A DNA stretch of 64,000 nt, taken from positions 2,560,001 through 2,624,000 of the forward strand of contig OY762428.1 of the NCBI GenBank assembly GCA_963665665.1, written 5' to 3'. A model generated the notes under the pieces. The model saw only the letters and a program-made list of their open reading frames with translations, was not told where the DNA came from and made no database searches. The translations under genes were made by a program, and so were the position numbers. Below, in pieces: positions 20,095 to 31,555 of this stretch (position 1 is the stretch's first letter; each line of letters opens with the position of its first letter). Source of the stretch: Candidatus Kapaibacterium sp. GTDB lineage: Bacteria; Bacteroidota; Ignavibacteria; Kapaibacteriales; UBA2268.

Positions 20095-21474
20095 ATGAAA
20101 AATTATTTTACATTGATTTTAATTCTGTTTAATTATTTACCATTATATTCAGGCGAGTGGAAGACTGTAGATCATTATAAAGATTATTCCGAAACAGCAG
20201 TAAAATATTCATGTATTGATTGTATAAATGAAGACACATGTATTTCTTTTGGCCACGAAAGTTCTTTCAATATAAGAGAAAGGCATACATTTGAGGGTGG
20301 AAAAACCTGGGAAACAGGTCTGGAAATTAATGGTTTCCATGATAGCAGCGGAAGATATCATGATTCGCCAAGAATGTGGTACGTTGATTATCTTAATAAG
20401 GATTTTTGCATTGCCATTGGAGATTCAGGATGGATATACAGGTCAACCGACGGGCTGAAAACATGGGAAAAAGACAGCGTTCCTGAATATGAAAACAGTA
20501 TATCGTTTATTCACATGCATGATGAGAATTTCGGAGTAACAGGATGTATAAATTTTTACATTACTCTTGACGGAGGCAGGAACTGGAAAAGCTATGATTT
20601 TAACAAATGTATTGAATTGCCGGATTCAATGATTTTCTTTGGCACACAGGAAGCCTGTATATCGCAGGACGGAAAAGCAATTAAAGTTCTTGCTATTGAC
20701 AGCATTGGAGTGGATCAATGGCATGAATATATTATTTCTTCTTCCGATACGGGCAAAACATGGGAGGTCTATCCCCACACTCCTCAAAGATTAAGTTTTC
20801 TGTATTTTTTTGATAATCTTCACGGTTTCGGCTGCGGAGGAGACAAAACATCGATTTATTCTACTACACGTAAATCATGCATATATTATACAAGCGACGG
20901 CGGGAAATCATGGGAAACAAGATTGGATACATTTAATGTACCAAAAAGAGACTTGAGGGAAATGCAATTTACTACTGAAGATACTGTTTATGCAAATGGG
21001 ATAAGAAATAATGTGTGGCTTTCGACGGACGCCGGACTTACCTGGAATATGACGGACAGCCTGAATAGCAAGGCCTGGGAAAACATAAACCATTATATAT
21101 TTAAATACTGTTTCCTCGAAAATGAAGTTATATACGGCAGTTACTGGATGTACGGGGCAATTGTTAAATGGGAAGGCAAGCCCGTCGGTGTGGAAAGCGC
21201 CGCCCCGCCGGAACAGGAAGCCATACTTTACCCCAACCCTGTAAGCCGTGGAGGCAAACTGAATATCCGTCTTCTTCACGACCGCTTTGCAAAAATCAGC
21301 ATCAGCATCCTTTCAGCCGACGGACGTACCGTTGAAAAGCCATACACGGCGGAACTTCTCCCCGGTATGAATAAATTCGAATATAAAAACTGCGGCCTTA
21401 CTCCCGGCGCGTATATTCTCCGTATATACAACCCCGGCAATTTTGTTATTCACGAAAAATTCATTGTGGAATAG
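20095..21474 (+). CDS. BNR/YCF48-like T9SS protein, paralog 3
   Basis: Mature region almost identical to paralog 1, with a different signal peptide and last-blade patch. Confidence 0.85.
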   Translation: MKNYFTLILILFNYLPLYSGEWKTVDHYKDYSETAVKYSCIDCINEDTCISFGHESSFNIRERHTFEGGKTWETGLEINGFHDSSGRYHDSPRMWYVDYLNKDFCIAIGDSGWIYRSTDGLKTWEKDSVPEYENSISFIHMHDENFGVTGCINFYITLDGGRNWKSYDFNKCIELPDSMIFFGTQEACISQDGKAIKVLAIDSIGVDQWHEYIISSSDTGKTWEVYPHTPQRLSFLYFFDNLHGFGCGGDKTSIYSTTRKSCIYYTSDGGKSWETRLDTFNVPKRDLREMQFTTEDTVYANGIRNNVWLSTDAGLTWNMTDSLNSKAWENINHYIFKYCFLENEVIYGSYWMYGAIVKWEGKPVGVESAAPPEQEAILYPNPVSRGGKLNIRLLHDRFAKISISILSADGRTVEKPYTAELLPGMNKFEYKNCGLTPGAYILRIYNPGNFVIHEKFIVE

Positions 21475-21520
21475 GATTTTAAACCATCCGAAGGTTCGGA
21501 ACCTTCGGATGGTTATATAG

Positions 21521-23086
21521 CTATAACGGTATGTTTCCGTGTTTTTTCTTTGGATTAGTATCCACTTTGTTTTCGAGTAGCTCGAAAGCGTCAATTAATC
21601 TTTCGCGTGTAAATTTCGGCTCAATTACATCATCTATATATCCATAGGATGCAGCTATATAAGGATTGGCAAACTTGTCATTGAATTCGTCAATCAGTTC
21701 CTGGTTGCGTTTTTCCTTATCTTCAGCTTTTTCAATTTCTCTCTTGAATATAATTTCCACAGCGCCCTTGGCGCCCATAACTGCAAGCTCGGCAGTAGGC
21801 CAGGCAAAATTGAAATCGCCGCGTATGTGCTTACTGTTCATCACATCGTAAGCGCCGCCATAGGCCTTGCGTGTAATAACGGTAATCTTCGGCACTGTGG
21901 CTTCTGCATAGGCATATAGAAGTTTGGCGCCATTTGTAATTATACCGCCCCATTCCTGGTTAGCGCCGGGCATAAATCCGGGAACATCCTCGAATGTAAG
22001 CAGCGGAATATTAAATGCATCACAGAACCTTACGAATCGCCCGGCCTTGCGGGAGGAATCAATATCCAGAACGCCAGCCATTACCGCCGGCTGATTGGCT
22101 ATCACGCCAATGGAACGTCCGCCAAGACGTATAAAACCAACAATGATATTCTGCGCCCAGTCCTTATGAACTTCCAGGAATTCACCCATATCAGCAACCC
22201 GTGTAATAACCTCTCTCATATCGTAGGGCTGATTGGGGTTTTCCGGAACAATATAATTCAGGGACTCGTCCCTTCTTTCTCTCGGGTCGCTGTTCTCTAT
22301 TATCGGCGGGTCCTCGGCATTGTTCGATGGCAGGTAGCCCAGCAGTTTTGTTACAAGCTGAGCGGCTTCCAGGTCATTTTCCGCTGTGAAGTGTGCCACA
22401 CCACTTTTCGATGCATGTACATCTGCGCCGCCAAGATCTTCCGATGTATAATCCTCGTGGGTAACAGTTTTTACAACTTTCGGTCCGGTAACGAACATAT
22501 AGGATGTTTTACGCACCATGATAGTAAAATCAGTAATAGCAGGCGAGTAAACAGCCCCACCCGCACAGGGACCCATTATTATCGAAATCTGCGGTACAAC
22601 ACCCGATGCAAGTGTATTTCTCAGGAAAATATCTGCATATGCGCCAAGCGATATAACGCCTTCCTGCACTCGTGCGCCGCCGGAATCATTAAGCCCGACA
22701 ACGGGGCATCCGGTTTTAACGGCCATATCCATTATTTTACAGATCTTTCTGCCATGCTCAGCAGCAAGAGAGCCTCCAAGAACCGTGAAATCCTGTGAAA
22801 ACAAAAATACACGCCGCCCGTTTACCTGCCCGTACCCTGTAACAACGCCATCGCCAAGAGGTACGTTCTTGTCCAGGCCGAAATCACTTGAGTGGTGATG
22901 AGCCAGGGCATCCATTTCCCTGAATGTGGATTTGTCGGCAAGTATATTAATTCTTTCCCGGGCGGTAAGCTTGCCCTTGGCATGCTGGGCTTCAATTCTT
23001 TTCTGTCCGCCGCCCAGTTCCGCTTCTTCTTTCATTTCATACATTTTCCGGATCTTCTTATCCCGGATATCAATTTTATTTTCCAT
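21521..23086 (-). CDS. pccB: acyl-CoA (propionyl/methylmalonyl-CoA) carboxylase carboxyltransferase subunit
   Basis: 'GKLTARERI', 'DFTVLGGSL', '[10 protein letters not shown]', '[12 protein letters not shown]', 'RKAYGGAY', 'KKHGNIPL'. Confidence 0.92.
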   Translation of the reverse strand: MENKIDIRDKKIRKMYEMKEEAELGGGQKRIEAQHAKGKLTARERINILADKSTFREMDALAHHHSSDFGLDKNVPLGDGVVTGYGQVNGRRVFLFSQDFTVLGGSLAAEHGRKICKIMDMAVKTGCPVVGLNDSGGARVQEGVISLGAYADIFLRNTLASGVVPQISIIMGPCAGGAVYSPAITDFTIMVRKTSYMFVTGPKVVKTVTHEDYTSEDLGGADVHASKSGVAHFTAENDLEAAQLVTKLLGYLPSNNAEDPPIIENSDPRERRDESLNYIVPENPNQPYDMREVITRVADMGEFLEVHKDWAQNIIVGFIRLGGRSIGVIANQPAVMAGVLDIDSSRKAGRFVRFCDAFNIPLLTFEDVPGFMPGANQEWGGIITNGAKLLYAYAEATVPKITVITRKAYGGAYDVMNSKHIRGDFNFAWPTAELAVMGAKGAVEIIFKREIEKAEDKEKRNQELIDEFNDKFANPYIAASYGYIDDVIEPKFTRERLIDAFELLENKVDTNPKKKHGNIPL

Positions 23087-23230
23087 AATAGACTGTTGAT
23101 TTATTTCTAATTCTGTTTTTAATTTTTCTAATGCTCGTGTCGGTATCTCCGGGTCCCGACGCATTTAGGGAGTTGATTTCTCATCATTTCTCTGAGGGAT
23201 AAGATATCCGAAAGAGTTTGTTCAAAGAAA

Positions 23231-23318
23231 GTCATTCTGATGGAGCGAAGCGACTGAAGAATCCATTTCTTTTAAACTTTAGATAGAAGAATGGATTCTT
23301 CACTGCGTTCAGAATGAC
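23231..23318. repeat. REP doublet (inverted pair) inside the carboxylase operon
   Basis: gtcattctga...gcgaagcgactgaagaatccatt ... aatggattcttcactgcgttcagaatgac. Confidence 0.75.
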
Positions 23319-23356
23319 ACATTTTCTGATCTTTGAGGTGCTCTTATTTCAAAATA

Positions 23357-23878
23357 TCATAAAGCTTCAAATTCCACCAGAACGGCATCCTTTTCAACAG
23401 GCTGGCCGGGTTCCACCAGAATTTTCTTTACCCTTCCCGCTTCGTTGGCTTTCAGGGCATTTTCCATTTTCATAGCCTCGATTATTATCACGGGATCGCC
23501 CTTTTTAACTTCATCTCCTACTTCAGCAATGTGCTTTACCACAAGTCCGGGCATGGGAGCTTTCAGTTTCATGCTGTTTCCGTTTGTACTGCCGCGAGCA
23601 GCCTGTATAAACTTTTTCAGCAGCTTTCTTGTTTCGTCGGTAACTTTTACGTCGAAATTAAACCCGTCGATATATATTGTGCTGGTTCCGTCCCAGTCCA
23701 GGTCGAATTCTATCTGGCACACCCTGTTATTTACCGAGAAAGCATGAATATTTTCATCTATCTCTTTCAGGTGTTCAATATAGAAATCCTTTCCGTTTAT
23801 TGTGATATTTGACGGCTCATTTTTAATATAGGATACGTCAAATTCCTTGTCATCAACCTGAATTATCAAATCCGGCAT
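23357..23878 (-). CDS. biotin carboxyl carrier protein
   Basis: 'APMPGLV', biotinylation motif 'EAMKMEN'. Confidence 0.92.
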   Translation of the reverse strand: MPDLIIQVDDKEFDVSYIKNEPSNITINGKDFYIEHLKEIDENIHAFSVNNRVCQIEFDLDWDGTSTIYIDGFNFDVKVTDETRKLLKKFIQAARGSTNGNSMKLKAPMPGLVVKHIAEVGDEVKKGDPVIIIEAMKMENALKANEAGRVKKILVEPGQPVEKDAVLVEFEAL

Positions 23879-23896
23879 TTCATTTCCCCGGTAATA

Positions 23897-25393
23897 TTAT
23901 ACAAGTTTTCGCGCCCTGCCGACAGTTTTCCATATCAGGCTGTCTTTTTGTGATTCAGGGGCTTTGCTTTTTATTTTTAATTTCTGGAAACCGAATGCTG
24001 CAAGAGCGGCAACTGTTTCCTCGTATTCAGCTTTCATTTCTTCCAATACATTCATATCGAAATGCTTTTCAATAAATGAAGTATCAAAATAACCCTCGCG
24101 GAAAATACTATTCCTCATAACAGCAATTTCAAATGGTATTGTTGTTTTTACACCTTTAATAACATAATTTTTCAGTGCTCTTTCCATTCTTTCAATTGCT
24201 TTTTCGCGATTCTTACCCCAGACTATCAGCTTTGCAAGCATAGGATCGAAGTGTACGCTGACTTCCGAGCCGCTTTCCACGCCGCTGTCCACCCTTACAC
24301 TGAAGCCTCCGGGCTCGCGCAGGTATTTTATTTTTCCGGTGGCAGGCATGAAATTATCAAATGAATCTTCGGCGTTTATCCTGCATTCAATTGAATGGCC
24401 TGTCCATTTTATATCTTCCTGGGTGAATGTAAGCCTCTCGCCGGCGGCAACCCTTATCTGTTCCTTGGCAAGGTTTATCCTTGTTACCATTTCCGTAACG
24501 GGATGCTCCACCTGCAGGCGGGTATTCATTTCAAGGAAATAGAACTCGCGGTTTTTATCGAACAGGAATTCCACTGTTCCGGCATTAAAGTAGTTAACAG
24601 CCCTGGCGGCCTGAATGGCAACTTCGCCCATCTGGCTTCTTAAATCATCATCCAGAACTGTTGAGGGGCATTCTTCTATCAGTTTCTGGTGGCGGCGCTG
24701 TATAGAGCAATCCCTTTCGCCGAGGTGTACGTAATTGCCGTGCTGGTCGGCAATAAGCTGTATCTCAATATGCTTGGGGTTTTCGATATATTTTTCCATG
24801 TAGATTACGTCGTCGCCAAAGGCATTTATTGCTTCGCGCTGCGCTGCCTGGAAACCTTCCTCAAGGTCTTCCTCACGGTCTATTCTTCTCATGCCCTTGC
24901 CTCCTCCGCCTGCTGCGGCTTTAAGCAGCACCGGGTAGCGAAGCAGTTCGGCAATTTCTCTAGCCTTATCCATATCAGTTATCTGCTCTTTTGTTCCGGG
25001 AACTATTGGTACCCCGGCATCAGACATTATCTGACGGGCGCGGGTTTTATTTCCCATATCAACAATAGCATCCGGCGGCGGACCAATAAATTTTATTCCC
25101 GCGTCGCCGCAAGCCCTGGCAAATTCGGCATTTTCTGATAAGAAACCGTAGCCGGGATGTATGGCTTCCGAACCGCTTTTTTGTGCAACTTCAATTATCT
25201 GCTCAATATCAAGATAAGCATTCTTCGGGGTGGCGGCCTCCAGCTTGTAGGCGCAGTCCGCGTAGTGTACGAAAGGCTGGGCAATATCCACTTCGTGGTA
25301 CACCGCCACAGTTTCGATACCCATTTCACGGGCGGCCCTCATCACCCTGACAGCTATTTCACCCCTGTTAGCAATTAAGATTTTTTTGAACAT
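23897..25393 (-). CDS. accC: biotin carboxylase subunit
   Basis: 'KILIANRGEIAVR', 'HPGYGFLSEN', 'GGGGKGMR', 'ERDCSIQRRHQK', 'EMNTRLQVEHPVTE'. Confidence 0.95.
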   Translation of the reverse strand: MFKKILIANRGEIAVRVMRAAREMGIETVAVYHEVDIAQPFVHYADCAYKLEAATPKNAYLDIEQIIEVAQKSGSEAIHPGYGFLSENAEFARACGDAGIKFIGPPPDAIVDMGNKTRARQIMSDAGVPIVPGTKEQITDMDKAREIAELLRYPVLLKAAAGGGGKGMRRIDREEDLEEGFQAAQREAINAFGDDVIYMEKYIENPKHIEIQLIADQHGNYVHLGERDCSIQRRHQKLIEECPSTVLDDDLRSQMGEVAIQAARAVNYFNAGTVEFLFDKNREFYFLEMNTRLQVEHPVTEMVTRINLAKEQIRVAAGERLTFTQEDIKWTGHSIECRINAEDSFDNFMPATGKIKYLREPGGFSVRVDSGVESGSEVSVHFDPMLAKLIVWGKNREKAIERMERALKNYVIKGVKTTIPFEIAVMRNSIFREGYFDTSFIEKHFDMNVLEEMKAEYEETVAALAAFGFQKLKIKSKAPESQKDSLIWKTVGRARKLV

Positions 25394-25729
25394 CAGGTTT
25401 CCCCGTTAATTCATAAATAAATTATCAGTTTGGTAATTGATTATTTTCCGAGTTCCTGATTTCGGGAATGCCTGTTATTAAGTGCCGAGCTTGTGTTCTT
25501 TGTGACTAATCAACGATCATATCAATAGAATAAAATTACGCTTAAATATACAAATTATTATTGAATTTTGTGCATGGAATGTTTTTGCTGTTTGGGATAA
25601 TTGGATTAGAAAAAAACTATACGCCTCCGGCCACGATTTATCGGGACAAGCTGGGACAGGCAGGGGGTGGATTATTCCCTCATTACGAAGTTATACTTCG
25701 TAATTTAGTTTTCAAATGAAGCTGAGCTT

Positions 25730-28236
25730 CTAAATTGCATTAATTTCAATAGGTACTTCAATTATATTTCGAACGGTTGTGTAAAGTTCTACATCTTGTG
25801 CTGGTGTTTCAAGTGAAATAATCAATGAATAACGGGTTTGATTTTCTACTTTCCCTAAATGCTTTCGTTCACGCCACCATCCAATGACTGGATAAACTGC
25901 AATGTGATTGCAATCAGAAAGTTCTGCTGCTGTCATTTCCATATAATCTGAATGTATTGAACCGTTACTACGATTATCTTTTCCGACTTGCCACCGTTCA
26001 GCACCCGAATTTGCTTGGAAATCTTCAGCTTCCTCTCTTGCTGCGATATTCATTCGTTTTCTGAAAACATCTTCACTTTCATCTACGTTATTGACATCAA
26101 AACGCAACCCATGCGACTGATAGCGGTATTTATTTTTCCAACCGATTTCACCTGCTCCAGGTTCAATGAAATAGGATAGTGTGATTTTTAGTTTTACCGG
26201 CGTTTCGCCCATTTGCAGCAACAAATCGCTTGCCCATGGAAGATTGAAAAAATGAATTTCGTTTGTTTCAGGGGTACTGCTTCCTTGTTTGAAATTAAAC
26301 GGTTGAATGATTTCCTGCGCAATATATGTCAATGCACTTTCCTGACTATACAATGCACGGTCTAAATCGGGAACGCCAAAACCAAAGGTTCTCAACAAAT
26401 TCCGAAAACTCGCTCGGTTACCTTGTTGAACCTGAGATTGAGCCAGCATAGCATCATTCCAATTAGCCGAGTGTACAACCAAACCTCTTATGGTTTCAGC
26501 CCAAACATTTGGATACTCATACGCGATTTTCGCAGCAAACCATGCTGCTTGTGCCGCCGCCGCACTTGTAGCATTTAAAGTATCAAATGGTTTTAAATTA
26601 AACGACTTTGATGTAGACAGCAATTCCAAATCTTCGTGGGCAGTAACACTGTCATCAGGTGCTTTTAGAAGATTTCCGCCTTCAAAAACTACATCAGGTT
26701 TTATTGGCCACTTTCTTTCCCATGTGAGTGAGGTAGAACTGTAGGGTGAAAGCTCGCCTTCATTAGCAACTGGAGTGTAATCCCGGAAATTATCACTGTT
26801 TACTTGAATTTTATTGGTGTATGCTCCAGCAACTAATGCGTTCCAAGCTTGGGCAGGATTTTGAACAGGTGATTTTCGTTTGAATGCGGATAATTACGCC
26901 ACATTTTCTCTTCATGAATATTTCCAGCAGAAACAATTATCAATCGTTGATTTTCACCTTTTCCATATGTTAGGTTATCAATCTCACCTGACCAAGACGA
27001 AGGTCTACCCATATTAACATCTTCTGTTGATGTAACGGACATGCAATAAACCAACACCATATTTGTGTTTTGAATTTCTGCCCTTGCAATGCCCTGTGCG
27101 GTAATATCGCCCCACAATTCGTTTGGTGTTTGTGGTTGATTGGAACGTGGTAGAATTTTTACGGAGCAAAGTTTATGTGTAAGCGGTACTGCATTTGTGG
27201 AAACAAGCACTTGTTCCATTTGTCCGTAACCTGCAATGCCTGCCATTAGCGTTCCATGCCCAGCTCGTGGTTCGTGGTCATCTGTTCCCCAAGCATTATC
27301 AACTGTCAATGTATTTGTATCGTCAATAATAGGTTGCAAGAGTTGGTGTCCATTGTTTACACCCGAATCTAACAAACATACTTTTATGTTGCTTTCTACA
27401 ATGTGTATTCTTTGCAATAGATTATCAACCCACGCTTGTTGCTCAATACTACTTTGGTTAACCCAAAATCCTGCAGGTTCTTGTCCTTCTCTGAACTCTG
27501 CAAGGAGATCGCTTTGTAACATCAGCTCAACCAACTGTTCACGGTTGGCATTTATCAACAAAACGGCTCTTTCGGGAAAGTAGATCCTGTTATGTTTATA
27601 GGTTATTCCAATGTGGTCAAGTGTTGCCTGAAACTGTGTAATTTGTTCCAGTTCCTTATTTTCTTTAGTATTTACGTTTAGCCACGCTTCGCACCATTTT
27701 GTATTTTCATTCGGAATATGTTCTGGATCGTCTGTCCACAAACCCTCCAACAAAGCTATGCTTACGTCCTCAATACTATTGACTAATGGAGCATTTTTAG
27801 GTTGTCCCTTTGCTGTTTCTTCCTGTTGGTATTTTTGAATTTTAGCTATAAAATGTCCTTCCTTACCTTTTGGTACATAGACAGTTGCTCTTATTTGAAT
27901 TTGATTCTCGTCTGCTGGAATTTCTTTGATGTTCAGCAAACGAATACCTTTTCTAAGGTCTTCCAAACTTTTGGTAATCAAATCATGATCTGCGCCACTG
28001 GTAAATTGAATATATGTACCTTCTCTAGTGGTAATTTGATGAGCACTACGTTGTTGTAGCAGTAGCTCTTTTTGTTTCCAAATTTCATTAAACTGATTTA
28101 GAAGTTTTTGACTGTGGGTTACCCTGTTACGAACAGGTATGTGTTGTTTACCTCCCCTGGCCGAAGGTACTTTATATTTTTCGCTGTTTACATTACCTGT
28201 TATAAAGATGTGTTTATATGATGTCATTTTTAACAT
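25730..28236 (-). pseudogene. ietS: S8 subtilase of IetS type, split by a frameshift near 26873
   Basis: 5' ORF has 'LLDSGV', 'HGTLMAG' and 'VSAGN'. Shifting frame at ...aac gaa aa|tca cct gtt caa aat cct gcc caa gct tgg gives SPVQNPAQAWNAL...IKPDVVFEGGN...NATSAAA, joining ORF 25730..26629. Confidence 0.82.
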
Positions 28237-29190
28237 TTATTTGTGATACGCTGCATTACGGTCTTTGATTGCTTTTAAAATTAAATCATTATTCATCTGT
28301 TGCTTTTCATTCAAGATTATTTCTTTGATAGCATCAATGCAGGCAAGTGATATCTCAGCATGACTAAGTCCGTTAATGTTTGGTAATAAATCATCGAATT
28401 CAATTTTTTTACTGAATTTTGCAAGCCTGTTTTTTAGCAAATCACGTTTCTCGTCAATACTTGGCAAGTGGTATAAAATCACATCGTCAAACCTGCGGAA
28501 AAGGGCTTGATCTAAAAGTTGTTTATTGTTAGTAATGGCAATAACAAGACTGTAGGAATTGTCCCGTTCAATAAATTGAAGAAAAGAGTTCAGCACCCTT
28601 CTCATTTCGCCCACATCGTTATCACGGCTACGTTCTCCACCAATGGCATCAAATTCATCAAACAAATAAACGCCCTGTTTTTGCTCAATCAAATCAAACA
28701 CCTGTCGCAGTTTGGAGCTGGTTTCACCCATATATTTAGTTACCATCTTATCCATCAGAATAGTGTATAGCGGTAAGTTCAGTTCGTTTGCAATGATTGA
28801 TGCTGTCAATGTTTTTCCAGTTCCCGGAGGCCCCGAAAGCAAAATTTTCCTACGGTTTTCCAAATCGTGCTTTCGAAGTTTATCCCGTTGCACAAACTCT
28901 GAAATAATACGGTTTATTTTGTTCTTAATGTCTTCCGAAGCAATTATATCTGCAAGACTGACAGCAGGCACATTTTCCAATATCAATCCCTGCAAATCGG
29001 GGGCAAAAGCTTTGGTTTTATGCTTAACATCCTTTGCCTTGTCAATAATGGTTTTGATGTTGTTAGCAACAATTGTATGTCCCAACTTGGCTTCGTGGGC
29101 AGCTATCTGCAATGCTACAGTGGTAAACCTTTCGGGTTCGTTGTTGTAGTGTGCTTTTATTAATGATATTATGTAATCTGATTTTGCCAT
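28237..29190 (-). CDS. ietA: AAA+ ATPase of IetA type
   Basis: Walker A 'GPPGTGKT', Walker B 'LFDEFD', 'DVGEMRRVLNSFLQ', 'LD.ALFRRFD'; abuts the S8 gene. Confidence 0.88.
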   Translation of the reverse strand: MAKSDYIISLIKAHYNNEPERFTTVALQIAAHEAKLGHTIVANNIKTIIDKAKDVKHKTKAFAPDLQGLILENVPAVSLADIIASEDIKNKINRIISEFVQRDKLRKHDLENRRKILLSGPPGTGKTLTASIIANELNLPLYTILMDKMVTKYMGETSSKLRQVFDLIEQKQGVYLFDEFDAIGGERSRDNDVGEMRRVLNSFLQFIERDNSYSLVIAITNNKQLLDQALFRRFDDVILYHLPSIDEKRDLLKNRLAKFSKKIEFDDLLPNINGLSHAEISLACIDAIKEIILNEKQQMNNDLILKAIKDRNAAYHK

Positions 29191-29332
29191 TTTTTCTCTT
29201 TCATAAAGGTACTAATATTTATTGTATCTTTCTTCTTGTAGGGATATTTTTTCTCGCAAGGTCAGATGTGAGTTCGGATGTAATATAGCACTACTCATCT
29301 TTTCGACAAGATGAGCAGAGCGAATCTTGTCG

Positions 29333-29603
29333 AACACCTACATAAAACCAATATACAAATAATAATTGAAAATATCAGTTTATCCTGCTGTTTTTTGCTA
29401 TTAATAATGATAATTTTAATTTGTTGGGTTTATCCGGCTATGAACGAGTTGTAGTTCCCTCATTCCGAAGTTATACTTCGTAATGCTGTTTTCATCTGAA
29501 GCTGAGCTTCAAAATTCCAAGTGAAACTTTGCGGAAACGCCCTTCCCAAGCAGGGCTTGGAAAGGAGGAAAAGAAGAAAAAAATTCTTAATTCCAAGACT
29601 TTT
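29333..29603. repeat. ~250-270 bp direct repeat (AT-rich promoter-like block plus family A REP element), copy A
   Basis: Aligns by eye with 31556..31800; partial copy at about 25545..25736. Confidence 0.8.
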
Positions 29604-29659
29604 CTTATATTATATTTCAATAGGTTAAAATATTGGTTACAACCCCGGAGATATTTCTT

Positions 29660-30784
29660 ATGATTGAATATAACAATCCAAACAAAGTAAGTTTACTTGC
29701 CCGGCAATATTCTGATGCAGTGAAATATATTAAAGATCAGATTTTACTGAGTCGCAATCGAGCTGCTTCTGTTGTTAATAAAGAATTGCTGGGACTATAT
29801 TTTTTCATAGGAGAATATATATCTGTAAATTCCAGATCAAAAAACTGGGGTAAGGGGGCTGTTGAAACAATATCACAGCAATTGCAAGTGGAATTGCCTG
29901 GCCTTCGTGGCTTTTCTGCAACAAATATTAAAAACATGCGGATTTTCTATGAAGAATGGCAGGATATTATTGAAAATCGGCAAACAGCAACTGCCGGTTT
30001 GAATAACGTCAATTCAAAATTTCGGCAGTTAGCATCTGCCGAATTGACAAATGTGCAAATGGATGCTTTCACGGCTATTGGATTTTCTCATCATCGCGAG
30101 ATTATCCGAAAATGCAAGAACCGGGATGAAATGCTTTTTTATATTCGTCAATGTGCATCTGGTTTCTGGTCTGTAGAAAAGTTGAAATATTATTTAACTT
30201 CAGATCTTTTCAATAAAAAAGTGGCTTTGCAGAATAATTTTTCAGATACGATAAGCAATATTGAAAATCGGGCACAAGCTTTGAATTCATTCAAAGACGA
30301 GTACATTCTTGATTTTATTAATATTCAGGATCAGGATGAAGAAGCTGATGAAAGAATATTTGAGCATGAAATTGTGAATAATATCAGGAAATTTATTATG
30401 GCGCTTGGCTCAGATTTCAGCTTTATAGGGAATCAATACAGATTGATAATTGAAGAAGATGAATTTTTTATCGATCTCCTTTTTTTTAACCGGCGGCTTC
30501 AAAGCCTTGTTGCAATCGAATTGAAAAAAGGAAAGTTCAAGGCTGAATATGCCGGGAAAATGAATATGTATCTTTCTGCGCTTGATGAATATGTCCGCCT
30601 TCCAAATGAGAATCCTTCGATTGGTATAATACTTTGCAAAGAAAAGAATAATAAAGTTGTTGAATTTTCATTCCGGGACACAAGCAAACCAATGGGAGTA
30701 GCAATATACAAAACCGTCGATGAGTTACCTGAAAAATACCGTGATATTCTTCCTGATGCCGAAAAATTGAAGAATCTGATGTAA
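29660..30784 (+). CDS. YhcG/DUF1016 family PD-(D/E)XK nuclease-like protein
   Basis: 'LY..IG.YI', 'RGFSATNIKNMR.FY', 'KDEYILDF', 'FFIDLLFF', 'IELKKG.FK.EYAGKMNMYL', 'ENPSIGIILCK'. Confidence 0.9.
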   Translation: MIEYNNPNKVSLLARQYSDAVKYIKDQILLSRNRAASVVNKELLGLYFFIGEYISVNSRSKNWGKGAVETISQQLQVELPGLRGFSATNIKNMRIFYEEWQDIIENRQTATAGLNNVNSKFRQLASAELTNVQMDAFTAIGFSHHREIIRKCKNRDEMLFYIRQCASGFWSVEKLKYYLTSDLFNKKVALQNNFSDTISNIENRAQALNSFKDEYILDFINIQDQDEEADERIFEHEIVNNIRKFIMALGSDFSFIGNQYRLIIEEDEFFIDLLFFNRRLQSLVAIELKKGKFKAEYAGKMNMYLSALDEYVRLPNENPSIGIILCKEKNNKVVEFSFRDTSKPMGVAIYKTVDELPEKYRDILPDAEKLKNLM

Positions 30785-30803
30785 GAAGATTAGTGGAAAG
30801 TTT

Positions 30804-30920
30804 TTCCCTCATTAAGAAGTTGTTTTTCGTAATGCAGTTTTCATCTGAAGCTTTGCTTCAGGAAATCTAAAGTGAAACTTTGTTGTAAATGACCATCCAA
30901 AGCAGGGCTTGGGATGGAGG
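30804..30920. repeat. family A REP/MITE-like element
   Basis: ttccctcattaagaagttg..ttcgtaatgcagttttcatctgaagctttgcttc...aaagtgaaacttt...ccatccaaagcagggcttgggatgg. Confidence 0.75.
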
Positions 30921-31033
30921 ATAAATAATATATCCTTATGATACATGGAGTTATATTACCCAAATTTGTGTTATATTCTCATTATTAGAGTCAAGTACTT
31001 TTGCAAATTCCTTTTTATTTACCCATTCATCCA

Positions 31034-31519
31034 TTATCCACAACATTTTTTATATTTCTTCCCACTACCACATGGACATGGTTCATTTCTGCCTACTTTC
31101 TTATTATTTATAACCGTTGTTTTTTTCAAGTCAGGTAAAAAATGAACTAAAGGCACAGGATTACCTTCTATCCCGATTTCTAAATGTCTTCTTTCTTGTG
31201 GAATTGCATTAAAATTAACAATCCCACCAATCAAATATCTTAGGTTTGAGTCTCCTCTAATTCCTAGTCTTGTTGCTTGCTCGATTTTATCTGAGTCAAA
31301 AACTACTACAGGACAGGATTTACAAAAATGGCTACCTGTCATATTACTCATAAACTCGCATTCATCCGTATCAGATTTTGCAGCAATTAATACAGTGCAA
31401 TTATCCTCAATCAACGGTAATCCACATTCCGGACAAGAACTCAATCCACAATCGTCGCTGAAATATCTTCTTCTCGGTATTGATAAATCAAATTTGTTTT
31501 TGAAACCTTCATTCGTCAT
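31034..31519 (-). CDS. Zn-ribbon protein with C-terminal SEC-C motif
   Basis: CPEC and C..C pairs; terminal '[21 protein letters not shown]'. Confidence 0.85.
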   Translation of the reverse strand: MTNEGFKNKFDLSIPRRRYFSDDCGLSSCPECGLPLIEDNCTVLIAAKSDTDECEFMSNMTGSHFCKSCPVVVFDSDKIEQATRLGIRGDSNLRYLIGGIVNFNAIPQERRHLEIGIEGNPVPLVHFLPDLKKTTVINNKKVGRNEPCPCGSGKKYKKCCG

Positions 31520-31555
31520 GTTTTTTTATTGCACCGTGCTTTCAGCCTTGTTGGT

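Noticed and set aside
17162-21474. Diversity-generating retroelement acting on the paralogs
   Set aside because: Differences are not adenine-specific, include many synonymous changes, and no reverse transcriptase is in the window.
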